Made by a program: the position numbers and the translations under genes. A stretch of 64,000 bases of DNA from Saccostrea echinata (taxonomy: Eukaryota), in NCBI RefSeq assembly GCF_033153115.1, contig NW_026889832.1:744001-808000 (forward strand), in the 5' to 3' direction. Below are positions 50,130 to 63,064 of this stretch, piece after piece (positions within the stretch are counted from its first letter, which is position 1; each line of letters opens with the position of its first letter). The notes under the pieces are model-generated. The model was not told the origin of the DNA, did no database searches, and worked only from the letters and a program-made list of their open reading frames with translations.

Positions 50130-53100
50130 TCTCCATCACTTTGGGATAATTCGTGCAACTTTTGCTTACAGAGTCTTTCCTTTTAATTTCATATAATTTA
50201 CAGTGTACTAAAAAATGTTTTTCATTTTCAATTTCGTTGTTACAAAAATTGGCAAATTCTGTCTTGGGGTGGTTCTGATTTATAACGTCCAGTTTCAATT
50301 CCAAGTGGTAATACACCGCAACGAAACATTGCCATAACTGATCGGACAGGTTTCGGTAAATTCATACTGACATACTGCTCCAGTTCATATTGATTTTTAA
50401 AGACGGTAAGTTCTTTTTTTGTAAATCTTCAATCCATTGTGTTTTAATTTTCTGACAGAGCTAGGAGTCTTTCGGCAAGTTCTATGCTGCATGTTGATAA
50501 GTTGTGTATACATGTATATACGGCATATTCAGAGAATCAAATAATTGTTTAGTTTTTGAGGTCCAATTTGTTCTGTTATTTTGATCCCGATCCCAAAGGA
50601 AAATCTTCTTCGTCAGACGGTCGTTTTCTAGTGTCACCAGACGATTCCAGAATCTCACGACGTTATTCTGATGTCGATAGTAGCATGGCGTCCAACAACA
50701 TTCTCCTTGGATTGCAATCACTGGCGTGAATCGGTGTACTCCTAGAAAATACCGCAAGGCGCGGGCCTGCAGCGCTAGCATCTCTGCACAATAATAATTT
50801 GTGGTTCCCCAAACTCCACTGCAGTAATCTAGAATAGGAGCAACACAATTGAGATACAGCTTTTCGAAAGTTTCAAATCCGACCATTTTAAGGGAGTGAA
50901 TTTTATAAATCATAGATCCAAGAGCTCGTCCTCCAGATTTTCCTAAATTTTCCGCATTTCTTTTAAAATCAATATTTTCATCAAAGATTACACCTAAATA
51001 TTTGTAGAAAGGTTCATAAGCTAAATTTTCTCCTCCTAGATAAAATGTATGAGTACTTCTTTTTTTGCGTTTTTTCCGAAAGTGAACTATTTTGGATTTA
51101 TTTGGATTGATTCGAAGACGCCATTTTTTACACCACGAGTCCACTACACTGAGCATGTCCTGCATGTTCTTTTCGTTCAGAGGAATGATTGCTACATGTA
51201 TATCGTCCGCATACAATAGAATACTTGAATTAAAATTTTCTTCAATCTGTACTCCTTTATTTAATGCCTTGATGACCGTAGCAAGATCATTGATGAAAAG
51301 CGCAAATAACGTGGGCGACAAATTATCTCCCTGTCAAACTCCTGAAGAGCACTCGAACCACCCTGTGTAGCGGTCTCCTATCCGGATACAAGATTCAGTG
51401 TTAAGATAGAGAGATTTTATTGTATGATAGAAGTTTCCATCGATGTCATGCTTCAGCAGACTAAATTGTAGTAATTCTCTGTCGACCGTATCAAACGCTT
51501 TTTGTAAGTCTATGAACGTAACAAATGTTGATTCCTTATTTTCAGTTACACTGTTTAGAGTAATACATGTATATTGTCAATACAGGATCTATCTTTTCGA
51601 AACCCATTTTGTTCTTCCACCAAGATATCATTTTCCTCCAAATAAACTAGGAACCTGTTGTTAAGTACGGAACTGAATATTTTGGCTACTACAGATAAGA
51701 GACTTATTCCACGATAATTCAAGGGAATTCTAGGATCCGACTTGTTATCTTTAATAATTGGGCATATTATTGCTTTACGCCAAGTATGTGGTACAATTCC
51801 AGTATCAAAGCATAACTGAAACATTTTATGCAATGTTTTGACAACGTTTTCATTTTTTAGAACTTCGTATGGCAGTTCATCTACTCCGGCTGACTTGCCG
51901 TTTTATTTGCTTTATAGACGTCTTTTCGAATTTCCTCTTCGTTTATTTGAGTATTCAAAGAAGTATTTCGCACATACAAAGGATCAAGCATCATACGTTC
52001 CAAGTGTAATTTTTGGTTGATAGCTTCGTTTTTAAATGCAGCGTCAAAATCTGGATCGGAGTCAGGATTATATAATTTTTGAAATTCTTTATACCATGTT
52101 TGTTTCAGTAATTTTTCATCTGAACTTATTTCTCCTTGTTCATCATAACATTCTTTTGGGTAATGTTTTTCCGATTAGTACCCAGCCGTTTAATATGTTC
52201 CCAGAATTTCCGAGGATCATCTAAGCACACTGACTCAATATTTAGATCTCAGGTTCTGTTATGTTTTCTTTCATAGTAACGAATACGTTTGTCTGAGGCT
52301 TAAAAGTTTCCCGTAATTCACGCTTTTTATGACGATCTTTTACATTGCATTTCAAAAACTGTTTTTCATGGTTTCTCATAGTTTTCCACAGTTCCGTTAG
52401 CTCATCGTTCGAGTGTTGCTTATGAATACGCAATTTTTTCTTGAATATTCTTGACCAGTTATAGTTGGGTATTGATTCAATCATTCCACTAATCACAATA
52501 TCACAGAAATTTTCATAGATATCGTTTATTTCTCTTTGAGTTTCACGACACAACTCTATTTTTCTAATAAGCGAATTTATTGCGTGTATGGCTAAATTAG
52601 AATTCATGAAATCGCTTGGGATTCATCTGAGGTTATATCGCTTTTTCGGATTGCTTTTAATTACAACAGCATCTGCATGTACGGTGTATCCAAAGACTAG
52701 TTCAAACTTAAGTACACTGTGATCGGGCACCTTGCATTTTTCTCCTAGAAGATTCATCGCGTTGAGGTCTTCTATTACACTATTACAATTCACAATACGA
52801 AACTCTTTACACTGAGTAAAACATCGTAAAGAACACAAATATAGTCAACTACCGATTGTCCACGTGTAGAATGGTATGTATACTGATTTGACTGTTCTTC
52901 GAAACGTCCATTTAAGGTACAAAATCGACTGTCATTTAGAAATACTAAAAATGAACTTCCGTGTTGGTTCTGGGTAGTGTCTACAGAGTTACGTTGCGGT
53001 AAATTATCGACGAAGTCGTTACAGTCTTGGATATTTCCGATTCTCGCATTCAGGTCACCACATACAACAATGGTATCGGATTCATAATGTAAATAGATTT

Positions 53101-54470
53101 GTGATAATAAATGTGAGTAAAATGAGGAGACATCACGTCCCCACGGTGAATTTTCTGGAGGAAGGTACACAGTAAAGAAGACGAATGTAAAATCGTATTT
53201 ATTTACAAAGCGCACACTTAAAGGCCCTTCCACAATTGGCGCACGAGCACTTTACAACACTTTGCGATCGGAATTTTTTAGCTTCGCACGAGCTCTCGTA
53301 TACGTTGCACGATGTCTCGCATTCGTCGCATGTGTTTTAGTGGTCGCATCAAGTCTCCTCAAAATAGTGGACATGCACACTATTCAGACGCGACCAAATG
53401 CGATCCAGATTATCGCAATGCAACGCACGAACATTAGTACGAATGTCTTGCAACGTTTTGTGTACTCGTAAGAGTGATGCACGATCTTTAAAGGTCGTAA
53501 AATGAATCGCAGCTGCCGATGCGTGTGTTTTACGACCATGAGAATGTCGCTCAACGTGTCTCATGTAATCTTGCAACGTTTTACTATCATTGCACGATTT
53601 ATCAGCTTCAATTTACCATGCAGACATTATACATATACACCATATATAATATATATATACACCAATACGGTATCAAACCGCCGAAACACTTTGCTGTCAT
53701 AACAATACTGTCAATAATTAATTACGCACATTCTAAACGATAACAATATTAGAAGAAATAAGAAAAAATCGCAGCACTGTGTCGGCTTCTCTTAATTAAG
53801 AATTGCGTGGCTGATGGATGTTGCCTAAATGCACTCGATCGAGTATTCGTAACATGGAATGCATGATCGCAAGAGCGCCGTACGTCCAATCGCATTGGCG
53901 CACGTTCAATCGTCAGATCACCTGATCACCCGCGCGATCCTATCGCATAATCTTACAACACTCGCTTTCATTGTATATCAGTCGCATATAAACGCAAGAT
54001 ATATTGCAAGATTTAATGCATTTGCGTCGCACAGCGGTCTCTTTAGATCTTGCGAATTTCGTACGAACACTTTTTCATATGAGATTATTTCGGCAACAGT
54101 TTACGATCCAAATCAATTTTTCTCGGTCGCACGAATATTTTGTCGCGTCTGCTAGTGCGCCAATTGTGAAAGGGCCTTTAGATTCCTTCGTAAGATTTGT
54201 CAACAATATCAATACAATAAGAGTTAAACAGGCATTCTTTTACGAAGACTCCCACGCCCCCTGAGCCTTTCGGTGCTTTATTATGAGTGTGATTGCGGTT
54301 AAACTCAATCCATTTAAACCCATGCTCTGTTAAGTCTTTACCATCTGCATTAACTAAATGTGTTTCATTCAACCCAAGAGTATCACAATTAATGTTCTTT
54401 TTTAATATTTCAGTTCTTAATTGTTCATTTGATCTAGTCCATCCACAAACATTCAAATGTCCTATACTTA
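50130..54470 (-). pseudogene. LINE ORF2 (AP endonuclease + reverse transcriptase + C-terminal zinc knuckle), frameshifted; CR1/L2-group-like
   Basis: APE motifs NVCGW, GLNETH, VYLPP, CGDLNARIG, SVVDYI and PDHS. RT motifs NYRGISLL, EEQNGFR, SPTLF, LLYADD and YKYLGV. C-terminal ENEKHFLVHC. Confidence 0.92.
53222..54177. mobile_element. PIF/Harbinger-like non-autonomous element inserted in the LINE endonuclease
   Basis: 27-bp TIRs AGGCCCTTCCACAATTGGCGCACGAGC / GCTAGTGCGCCAATTGTGAAAGGGCCT with TAA/TTA flanks. Removing it plus 3 bp restores YEGILSVRFVNK. Confidence 0.85.
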
Positions 54471-54472
54471 AA

Positions 54473-55351
54473 CTACAGTGGGTCTGGTTCTGTCCTACTC
54501 ATCCTCATGATCGGAGAGAATATTATTGGTCTGTTCAACATGCGGTTGCTTTTTAAAATTCTGCCATTTGCTGTAATTCGAAATTGCTTGCCATGTGGCA
54601 TTTCGTTTAAGATCGTGCGTGCATTAAGTTCGATAAGTCTTTCAGTATGGGTTTTACTCGATCTGAGAAAGACGGTTTTGAACTTTTCTATTTCTCGGAG
54701 TTTACGCCTTTCCCGTAACACTGCCTTTTTTACAGTAAGAGAGGCTACCGAAATCTTTACATCTGGTCTGTTGCTTCTACTTTTCAAGCTGCATGCGGCC
54801 ACGACGTTTACATTTTCGTCAAGATGACCTATAATTTCTCGCGCAACATCAAGTATGTCCTCTTCTCTTTTGCATTTGACATTTGTTGCAATAAGCGTTA
54901 CACTGGGATCATCTAGTGGGTTTGTAGGACCTTTTGCAATGTTTACATTTACAGGTGAAGGCCAAGCTGATTGTTCGACATTTTCTAACCGGTTAACAAT
55001 AGAATCAATGCTCCGTGACAAACTATCGATAACATTTTTATGAATAGCAAAATCAACGTCAATATCGATCTTCGTTGCCTTGAATTTTTCATCTACATGT
55101 ATACTACTCATGAAATCATTTTGAAACTTGTCTAACTTGCTTTCTATCATTGACTGTAAAGAATTCTGCCCTTTCTGTAATCTTTCAATAGCTTTAGCTA
55201 TGATTGTGAACCGGTCTACGATATCGGGTTCTTCATTTTCCCCGTCCCCATGAGAATTACCCGTGCAACCTCCTTCCGCCATTTTGACTGACTTTGCCAC
55301 TGGCTTCGGGGTTTTGCCATCTGAAGATAGCCTCCGTTTGCTTTCTGACAT
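54473..55351 (-). CDS. LINE ORF1 (coiled-coil + RRM/CTD-like), 292 aa
   Basis: Open ORF immediately upstream of the APE domain, with a heptad-rich middle and a K..VLR..RKL....F.TVFL C-terminal motif typical of ORF1p. Confidence 0.8.
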   Translation of the reverse strand: MSESKRRLSSDGKTPKPVAKSVKMAEGGCTGNSHGDGENEEPDIVDRFTIIAKAIERLQKGQNSLQSMIESKLDKFQNDFMSSIHVDEKFKATKIDIDVDFAIHKNVIDSLSRSIDSIVNRLENVEQSAWPSPVNVNIAKGPTNPLDDPSVTLIATNVKCKREEDILDVAREIIGHLDENVNVVAACSLKSRSNRPDVKISVASLTVKKAVLRERRKLREIEKFKTVFLRSSKTHTERLIELNARTILNEMPHGKQFRITANGRILKSNRMLNRPIIFSPIMRMSRTEPDPL

Positions 55352-55950
55352 AATATATCATTATATAACCCTTTTATGAACAAAACCAAGTCTCTCAATG
55401 GTACTTACAAGTCTTGAATATGGTAAAGACACTTCTAAACACCAGAAAACTCCATCGAAAACGCAGCAAAATTCTGAACGCAATCTATCTTCACGCACGC
55501 GCAATAAAATATCTCGTATCAATTAGCAATTCACTTTGAGTGCTATCAACTTTTTCTTTATCACGTCAAAACACAAGTGACGCACATCGTGAATATTTAT
55601 GAGTTAGATAAAAAATGATCATCTGACCACATTCATAAACAACGCAAGATGGAATTTTACCTACTAAACAACTAAACAAGTATGTTATTTTACGAAATCT
55701 TTCAATTTTCATTTTAAAAAAAAAATCTGTTCAAAAACAGTTTTTAAACAGTTACTTGGAAATCCTCAATTTTTTAGCCCTGAAATCCAGTACCTTTAGA
55801 TATCAACAGTAAATACTGGTACATTAAAATAAATGTTCAGTTATCACTATTGTTTAATATAATGTTTCAATACTATTTGTCACCTTGGATGGCACGGATG
55901 CGATCTGCATATCACATCTTGCATTGTTGTGACTTGCATATCACATCTTG

Positions 55951-56945
55951 TGGCCCATTTTGTTTTGATGTGCCATCTTTTTGCTAACTTTTTCTTGTGA
56001 TGTTTTGTTTGTCTTGTTTTATATGTACTTTTTTCTACTCGTTTTTTGGGGGGATCAGACATTATCATATTTTACGTAACTTACAATCGGAGCTTGTGAG
56101 TCTGATCCCCTTCTTGTGTGTTAAATTGTTTACATTTATACCGTCATTTAAATAAATGACATAATTCATCTCTATGATTGTGTTTTATTTGATTTTTACA
56201 AATTTAGCAAAAACTAGCTGCGGTGAGCTTGCCTAGCATTAGAAGACATAAAACAACAATTATTAGAATAATAATTGTATTTATGTATTTAATGCGGGTA
56301 TTTATGTAGAGGATTCTATAAGACTTAAATGCTTGTAAACTTCCTTTATTGTAAAAATTTTTAGATCCACGCCTTGGCCAATGTACTAATTAATTTCGCC
56401 TAGCCAAGGATGGTATAACGTCACGTGGTCAGCTTAGCGAATCAGTTGTATTTTGATGCCCGCACGCTGAACACCGTTTACACGAGGCACGTCTAATTTG
56501 AAGACCCACCACCACCCCTTCAATCCTACCCCGCTTTTAATGATTAATATTTTATATGTGCCATTTTGTTTTAATATGCCATCTTAATGTTCTTTTTTTT
56601 CCCCTATATTTTTGATAGTTTTGATTGTCTTCTTATAGGTACTTGGCCCATTTTGTTTTGATGTGCCATCTTTTTGCTAACTTTTTCTTGTGATGTTTTG
56701 TTTGTCTTGTTTTATATGTACTTTTTTCTACTCGTTTTTTGGGGGGATCAGACATTATCATATTTTACGTAACTTACAATCGGAGCTTGTGAGTCTGATT
56801 CCCTTCTTGTGTGTTAAATTGTTTACATTTATACCGTTATTTAAATAAATGACATAATTCATCTCTATGATTGTGTTTTATTTGATTTTTACAAATTTAG
56901 CAAAAACTAGCTGCGGTGAGCTTGCCTAGCATTAGAAGACATAAA
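55951..56945 (+). repeat. 302-bp near-identical direct repeat (55951-56252 and 56644-56945)
   Basis: The copies differ at about two positions; offset 693 bp. Confidence 0.9.
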
Positions 56946-58168
56946 TACATTTTCTTGGACACATGGAAGTTCTGTAGATTTTCCGTACATCCTTTCATTA
57001 CAGAAATCACCCCATTTTCAATGAATGCTGCCACCATCAACATAACAGCTCCAATATGCTTGCACGTCCCATGGGGCCCTTTCCCAGCTGGGCACTCGCA
57101 ATGTGAATTTAAAAGTTCCCCTTGGGTTTTTCCGAGTCTGATATTAAAATTGTATGAAACCTATATGACAAAAGAGAAGTGTTAAAAAGAATATGCTAAG
57201 ACTAGGTAAAGGTAACAATTTCTGATTTTTATGATTAGACTTTTAGTCATAATTTATGAAGTTTGCACAAGCTGCACAACTGAATGTGAATAGTTCTGAT
57301 TATTTTCAGTCTTTATAAATTATTCACTGAAAAGAGAGTAAAACGTTGTAATACTAATCCCATACTAATGGGATTTTAAGTAGCTAATTAATGAAAAAGT
57401 AAAACGTTTTGTTTCATAGCTGCGCCAACTATTCCAGACAGATACACAACATCTGATGCACACACACTGCAGGCTAAAATTCTGTTTCCTTTCAGAAGAT
57501 CTTTTCGTTTTTTCGTTTCTCCAGGGCCTTGACATCAAATGTCATTTGTTTATCTTCTAATAAGTAAAGATATTATATTTTTCAATATTGTCATTAAAAA
57601 CTATAATAATATTAAACTGCTTCATTAAAGAAATTACCTGCCATTCTGTACAAGAAATAATTCTCAATCTGGGTAATTAATGTTTTTGGAAGCGATTTTC
57701 TGTGTTCTTGCCGCAACTGCTGGAAGCCGCATGTTAGTCAAAACACATCTAAGGGTTCAGGTATTACGCCAGGGTCTTGTCTAAAATTTTTGTTCCGGTT
57801 GTATGCTTCAAGTTGCATTAGTGAGTCAAAAATATATTATAATTGAAAAGAAAGTTAGCGCAATTGAATCATCTTCATTATCAATAAATACCAGAGGGAA
57901 AATGTCTCAGATTTTGCGCAATTGCTACTACATATGTATATTAACGCAGGTCAACTGGTACGTGATGCAATGTTTGCGAATGACAAAGGTTTATTTAATT
58001 CTCATTTGACCTATAATATTATTTTTCAGTTATAAATATATCACATCTTCGAAAAAAGTACTCTTACCTTTCAATTAAATCAATCTTTCTCCCAGTTGTC
58101 ACTGTGCCTCTTTGTGAAAGTTCGCATTTTTAACGCTGTACCGTCCACTGTTTGTACTTATCCACCAT
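56946..58168 (-). pseudogene. Four-exon SAP-domain + SWIM zinc-finger pseudogene (DNA transposon accessory gene)
   Basis: Exon 58068-58168 reads MVDKYKQWTVQR*KCELSQRGTVTTGRKIDLIER (SAP). Middle exons lie at ~57638-57813 and ~57404-57557. Exon ~56946-57160 reads SHCECPAGKGPHGTCKHIGAV (SWIM CxC..CxH). Stops and a frameshift are present. Confidence 0.8.
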
Positions 58169-58269
58169 GTCAGTTTTTCTATACCCCTTAGAACTCGCGC
58201 GTCACCTAGCGAGTAATGACGACGGCGTAAACTATTGTCAAACTGGACACCACAGTATACACATCTTGA

Positions 58270-59728
58270 AAACAAGTGCCCCTTTTATTACATAAATAAT
58301 CTTTATGTTAATCTTTTATACTTCTTTACAGGCAAGAATTCGACTTTGAGCATGCTTTGCTCATTTAAACCAAACATTCATCTTTACTTTGTAATATATA
58401 CATAACATTCTTTCTTCTATTCTCAATCAATCAAATAACCTGTTAATTAAATAATACAAAAGGATTTTTTGATTAAAATAATTTAGCAAATGGGAGTAAC
58501 TCTCATTTGCCTCACTTATTACAATTTTGTACTTTAGATACCAAGGAGCAGGGAAAAGGCACACTTACAATGATATTTATACATTTACATTTATATTATT
58601 GGATTAAGTTTGTTTGCTTAATACTCGGTGCAGAGGAGATTTTCAAAGCATTAATACATTTTTGCAATATAATCAATATAGCCCTGCCCAAACACCAGAA
58701 TCCCTGACTCCAGGGGCCATGAAATTCACAAATTTTAAAGAGGCATCCTTGTTCATCATAACTTTGCATTTAGTTTGTTTGCTTAATACTAAGGAGCAGA
58801 GAAGTTTATTTTCAAAGTATCAATTCATTTTCAATATATATAATGAATAAGCCCCCCCCCCCCTTCCAACGTGATGAAATTCACAAATTTGGAAGAGACA
58901 TCCTTTTTCATCATAACCATGCACTTAATTTATCGGTTTAATACCCAGGAGCTGATGGTAAGATTTTCAAAGAATTAAGGCATTTTCACTATATAATCAT
59001 TAGAGCCCCGCCCTTACACCAGAACCCCTGACCTAGGGGCCATGAAATTTTGGAATAGACACCCTTCTTCATCAAAACCATGCACTTAGTTTATCGGTTT
59101 AATATCCAGGAGCGGAGGAGAAAATTTTCAAAGAATAAAAGCATTTTACTATATAATCATTAGAGCCCCGCCCTAACACCATACCCCTGATCCGGGGTCC
59201 ATGAAATTCACAATTTTGGAAGAGGGTTTCTTGCTCATCATAACTATGCATTTAGTTTGTTTGCTTAATGTCCAGGAGCAGAGGAGAAGATTTTTAAAGA
59301 AATGTTGCATTTTACTATATATTCAACAGAGCCTCGCCCTAGCACCAGAACCTCAGACCCTGGGGCCATAAATTTCAAAATTTTGGTAGAGAGCTCAATG
59401 TTTATTAAAATCATGCCAACAGTTTGACTGCCTGATGTCCAGGAGTAAAAAAGATTTTTAAAAATTGCATTAATTTTGGTAGTTTTTACCCCACCCCTCA
59501 GGCCCCAGGGGGCAAGGATCATGAAATTCACAATTTTTGATCCCCTTCACTCAAAGATGCTATATGCCAAAACTGGTTGAAATTGGTTTAGCGGTTCCAA
59601 AGAAGATGTTGAAAATGTTCAAATGTTAACAGACGACGGACAAAGCACGACGACAGACAATACGGATAGCAATAAGTCACCTGAGTGACTCAGGTGACCT
59701 CACCTGAGTGACTCAGGTGACCTAAAAA
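58270..59728 (-). mobile_element. Diverged copy of the 26710-29439 HINE, ~5 repeats
   Basis: Same repeat unit and terminal region, with the terminal palindrome tandemly duplicated at 59687-59724. Confidence 0.85.
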
Positions 59729-60536
59729 GTGAAATGGAATCTAATACAAAATTATTTTGTCTTTTAGGATTATATAGAGTGATGCAATTCTTACATGTTA
59801 GTAGATTTAAAGCCTGTAGCATTCATCACTTTTTTTTTTGCTTTTATAACCTCTGTTGTTCATACGCATAAGGAATGAAGCTTATATGAATCTTATGCTA
59901 TCTTACACAGCAAAAGGAAATGATGATTTCAGTTGAGATTTATTTTTTCTACCATTATGTGAAAGTATCATTGAAATAAAATCAATGAACCTATGATTTA
60001 CATTTTTAAAAAAAATCCGGATGTTTCTATAAATAACCATCTTCCCCAAGGATGCTTCCAACCTGTATATATGCAGATGGAGATGTAACAGCGTTATCTC
60101 AAATATATTTGGCACTTAATCAACATCTATAATCTTGTTTTCAACTTTGATCTCTCAGATTACCGGATGAAGGAAGAACATCTAAATCATGATCATAAAT
60201 ACACTTATAATTCCATTTAGTGATACCAACATTCCCAAGCCATGAGAGTACATGTATTTTTGCATATATGATGGGTTATCCGTCGTGTATCCTTATTCCA
60301 TTATTGTCTGCAGTCATTTTTATTCCTCCAAATTGTTCAATCGCTCCGAAATGTCCACAGTGAGTATTTTTACCAGTAGACGATTTATAGGAAGCTCTTG
60401 GGTGCCAATTATGAAAAAAATATATTGCGGGTCACATACTATTTTATTTCACCTGGCACCTACTAGCTTCCATACTGTTTCTTTGGATCCATGCCTTTAA
60501 TTGAAAGAGGTTTGTATTTCTTTAATTTAAGATTTA

Positions 60537-60660
60537 CGAGGATCGTTCAATAAATAAATCAACAAACAGAATATCATAGTAAATGTAGATCTATTTACTT
60601 TTATTTTTTCACAGTTGAAATGTTCAATTAAAAAGCTTCTCATCACAGAAAACCCCATGA

Positions 60661-60707
<47 letters not shown>

Positions 60708-60776
60708 ATTTTGTCTGTAGTCCGTCTGTCCGTCTGTCTGTCTGTCCGTCTGTCTGTAAACTTTTCACATTTTCGA

Positions 60777-60817
<41 letters not shown>

Positions 60818-60843
60818 CCACAAAGCATCCTTGGGTGAAGGAA

Positions 60844-60876
<33 letters not shown>

Positions 60877-63064
60877 CTTTCAAGGGGAGATAATAAAGAA
60901 TTAGTGAAAAAATTAATAGCATCTTTCAAAAATCTTGTTCTCAAGAGCCACAGGGCCAGAAAAGATGAAACTCATGTGGAAGCATCCTCAGGTAGTGTAG
61001 ATTCAAGTTTGTCTAAATCATGACCCCCGGCGGTAGGGCGGGGCCACAATGGATGATCAAAGTTTTACATAGAAATATATAGGAAAAACCTTAAAAAATT
61101 TTCTTCTCAAGAACAGCAAAATCACTATGAGTCATATTTATATGGAAGCATCCTCAAGTAGTTTAGATTCAAGTTTGTTTAAATCACGACCCCCGGGGGT
61201 AGGGCAGGGCCACAATGGAGGATCAAAGTCTTACATAGAAATATATATATGAAAATATCTTCTGAAGAACTGCAAAGCCATGATGAGTCATTTTGATATG
61301 GAAGCATCCTCAGATAGTGTAGATTCAAGTTTGTTAAAATGATGACCCTTGGGGATAGGGTGGGGCCACAATGGGGGATTGAAAATTTTACATAGGAACA
61401 TAAAGGTAAATTTCTTCTTCTCAAGAACTTAAAATTATGTTTAGTCATTTTGATATGGAAGCATCCTCACACAGTATAAATTCAATTTTGTTCAAATTAT
61501 GACCCCTTGAGGGCAAGGTGGGGCCCAATGGGGGATCAAAAGTTTTACATAAGAACATATAGAAAAAATATCTATTCTCAAAGCATCCTCAGGTAGTGTA
61601 GATTCAAGTTTGTTTAAATGATGACCCCTTGGATAGGGAGGAGCCACAATGGGGATCAAAATTTTTAAAAATCTTTTCAAGTACAAGAAAGCCATTTGTT
61701 ATATTGACATGGAAGCATCATCAGGTAGTTTAAAATCAAAGCCCCCCCCAACCCCACCCCCCCGGTAATCTTTTCAATACTGAACTGATTTGTGCTTTTG
61801 CCTAGCCAATGTGCTCAGGTGAGCGATGTGGCCAATGGGCCTCTTGTTTCTATTGTCCTCGCAAAGAAATTTACTTTTAAAGTAAGCATGGTCACAACAC
61901 TGAGCTGAAAACTGTTTAAAATGACCTCTGCCAAGAAGATGAAAATAAGAGTGTGTGTGAAAACTTTGCTTCTTTACATAAATCGCCGAGGAACTCATAT
62001 TAAAGGTATGATTTTTATATGTGGAAAGAATTGTCTTTAACGCTGTAGAATTTTGAGATTGATTCAGAAATTCAAAAGTAAAAAAGGAGAATTAAAATAT
62101 GAAAGTCAAACTGGTCGATTGAAATTTGTAGGGACACCAAAAGTTATCGATGCTATGTGCAATATGATATCTGAAAATGTCAGATTTACATCCAAAGACA
62201 TTGCTAGAACACTAAGCATTTCATCGTCATAACATTTTATAGAATTCTGGCAACGGAAATGAATATGATATCATTTCTATCAGATAGGTGCCTTATTTTC
62301 TTATAATTGCAAAAGAGAAAAATACACATTAAATGTGCGAACGGTCTATCTAAAAACAAATATTTTAACAAAATAGAAGATTTGTTAAATTTGCATGATG
62401 GATGACGAAACATGGGTGCACTTTTTATAGCCAAAAAGGAGGATCAATAATAAAATGTTGAATCAAAGAAAAAACTATCGTTCTTATTGTAAAGAGAAAC
62501 AAGGGCTCCGAGCATATTTTATTAGTTTTCTTATTTTTTTTTCCCAAGAGGTCCAGTAAAACATGTACATACACCTAAAGGAAGGGCCACCAATGGTAAC
62601 TTTTATGTTCAAATTGTACTGAGGAAAGGTAAACAGATTTCCTGCAGCAAAGGAAGTCCAAATACCGCCCCCAGGGTAATTTTCTTGCACCTGGCAACGC
62701 TGCTGCAAATAAGCACAGAGAAATAAATTACATTTTGAAGAAAAGAAAGTTTACAGAGCTTTGCCATCCCCCATATTCTTTAGATCTCAGCCATTGTGAG
62801 ATCTTTTTATTCCAGAAATGCATGAAAACATTCAAACGAAGTTTGTACATTATTAGATATGTCATGGAAAGTGTTATTCATCAGTGTTTTGGAGGCATCC
62901 CTAAAGATGGGTATGCTGGGGTTTTCTGGTCAAGGGTACAAAGACTTAAGACATGTGTAAAGGATAACAAGAAACGCTTTGGGGGATTGAAAATGCTAAG
63001 AATATGTATTAGTACTTTTCTTACTTTTAGATGATCTATTGCATTATTCATTGAACGACCCTAG
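60537..63064 (+). mobile_element. Full-length degenerate mariner (~1.3 kb net), split by a HINE
   Basis: TA|CGAGGATCGTTCAATAAATAA ... TTATTCATTGAACGACCCTAG|TA. Transposase relics DDETWVH (~62402) and HPPYSLDLSHCEIFLF (mariner HPPYSPDLAPxDFxLF). Confidence 0.85.
60661..61849 (+). mobile_element. Pearl/Cg170-like HINE with ~5 internal ~166-bp repeats
   Basis: TTTTTAGCTCACCTGAGCTGAAAGCTCAAGTGAGC, (GTCT/GTCC)n, GGAAGCATCCTCAGGTAGTGTAGATTCAAG units, and 3' CTCAGGTGAGCGATGTGGCCAATGGGCCTCTTGTT. Confidence 0.9.

Noticed and set aside
53262-54264. Cluster of overlapping ORFs inside the LINE
   Set aside because: They lie in the GC-richer MITE interior and show no recognisable motifs.
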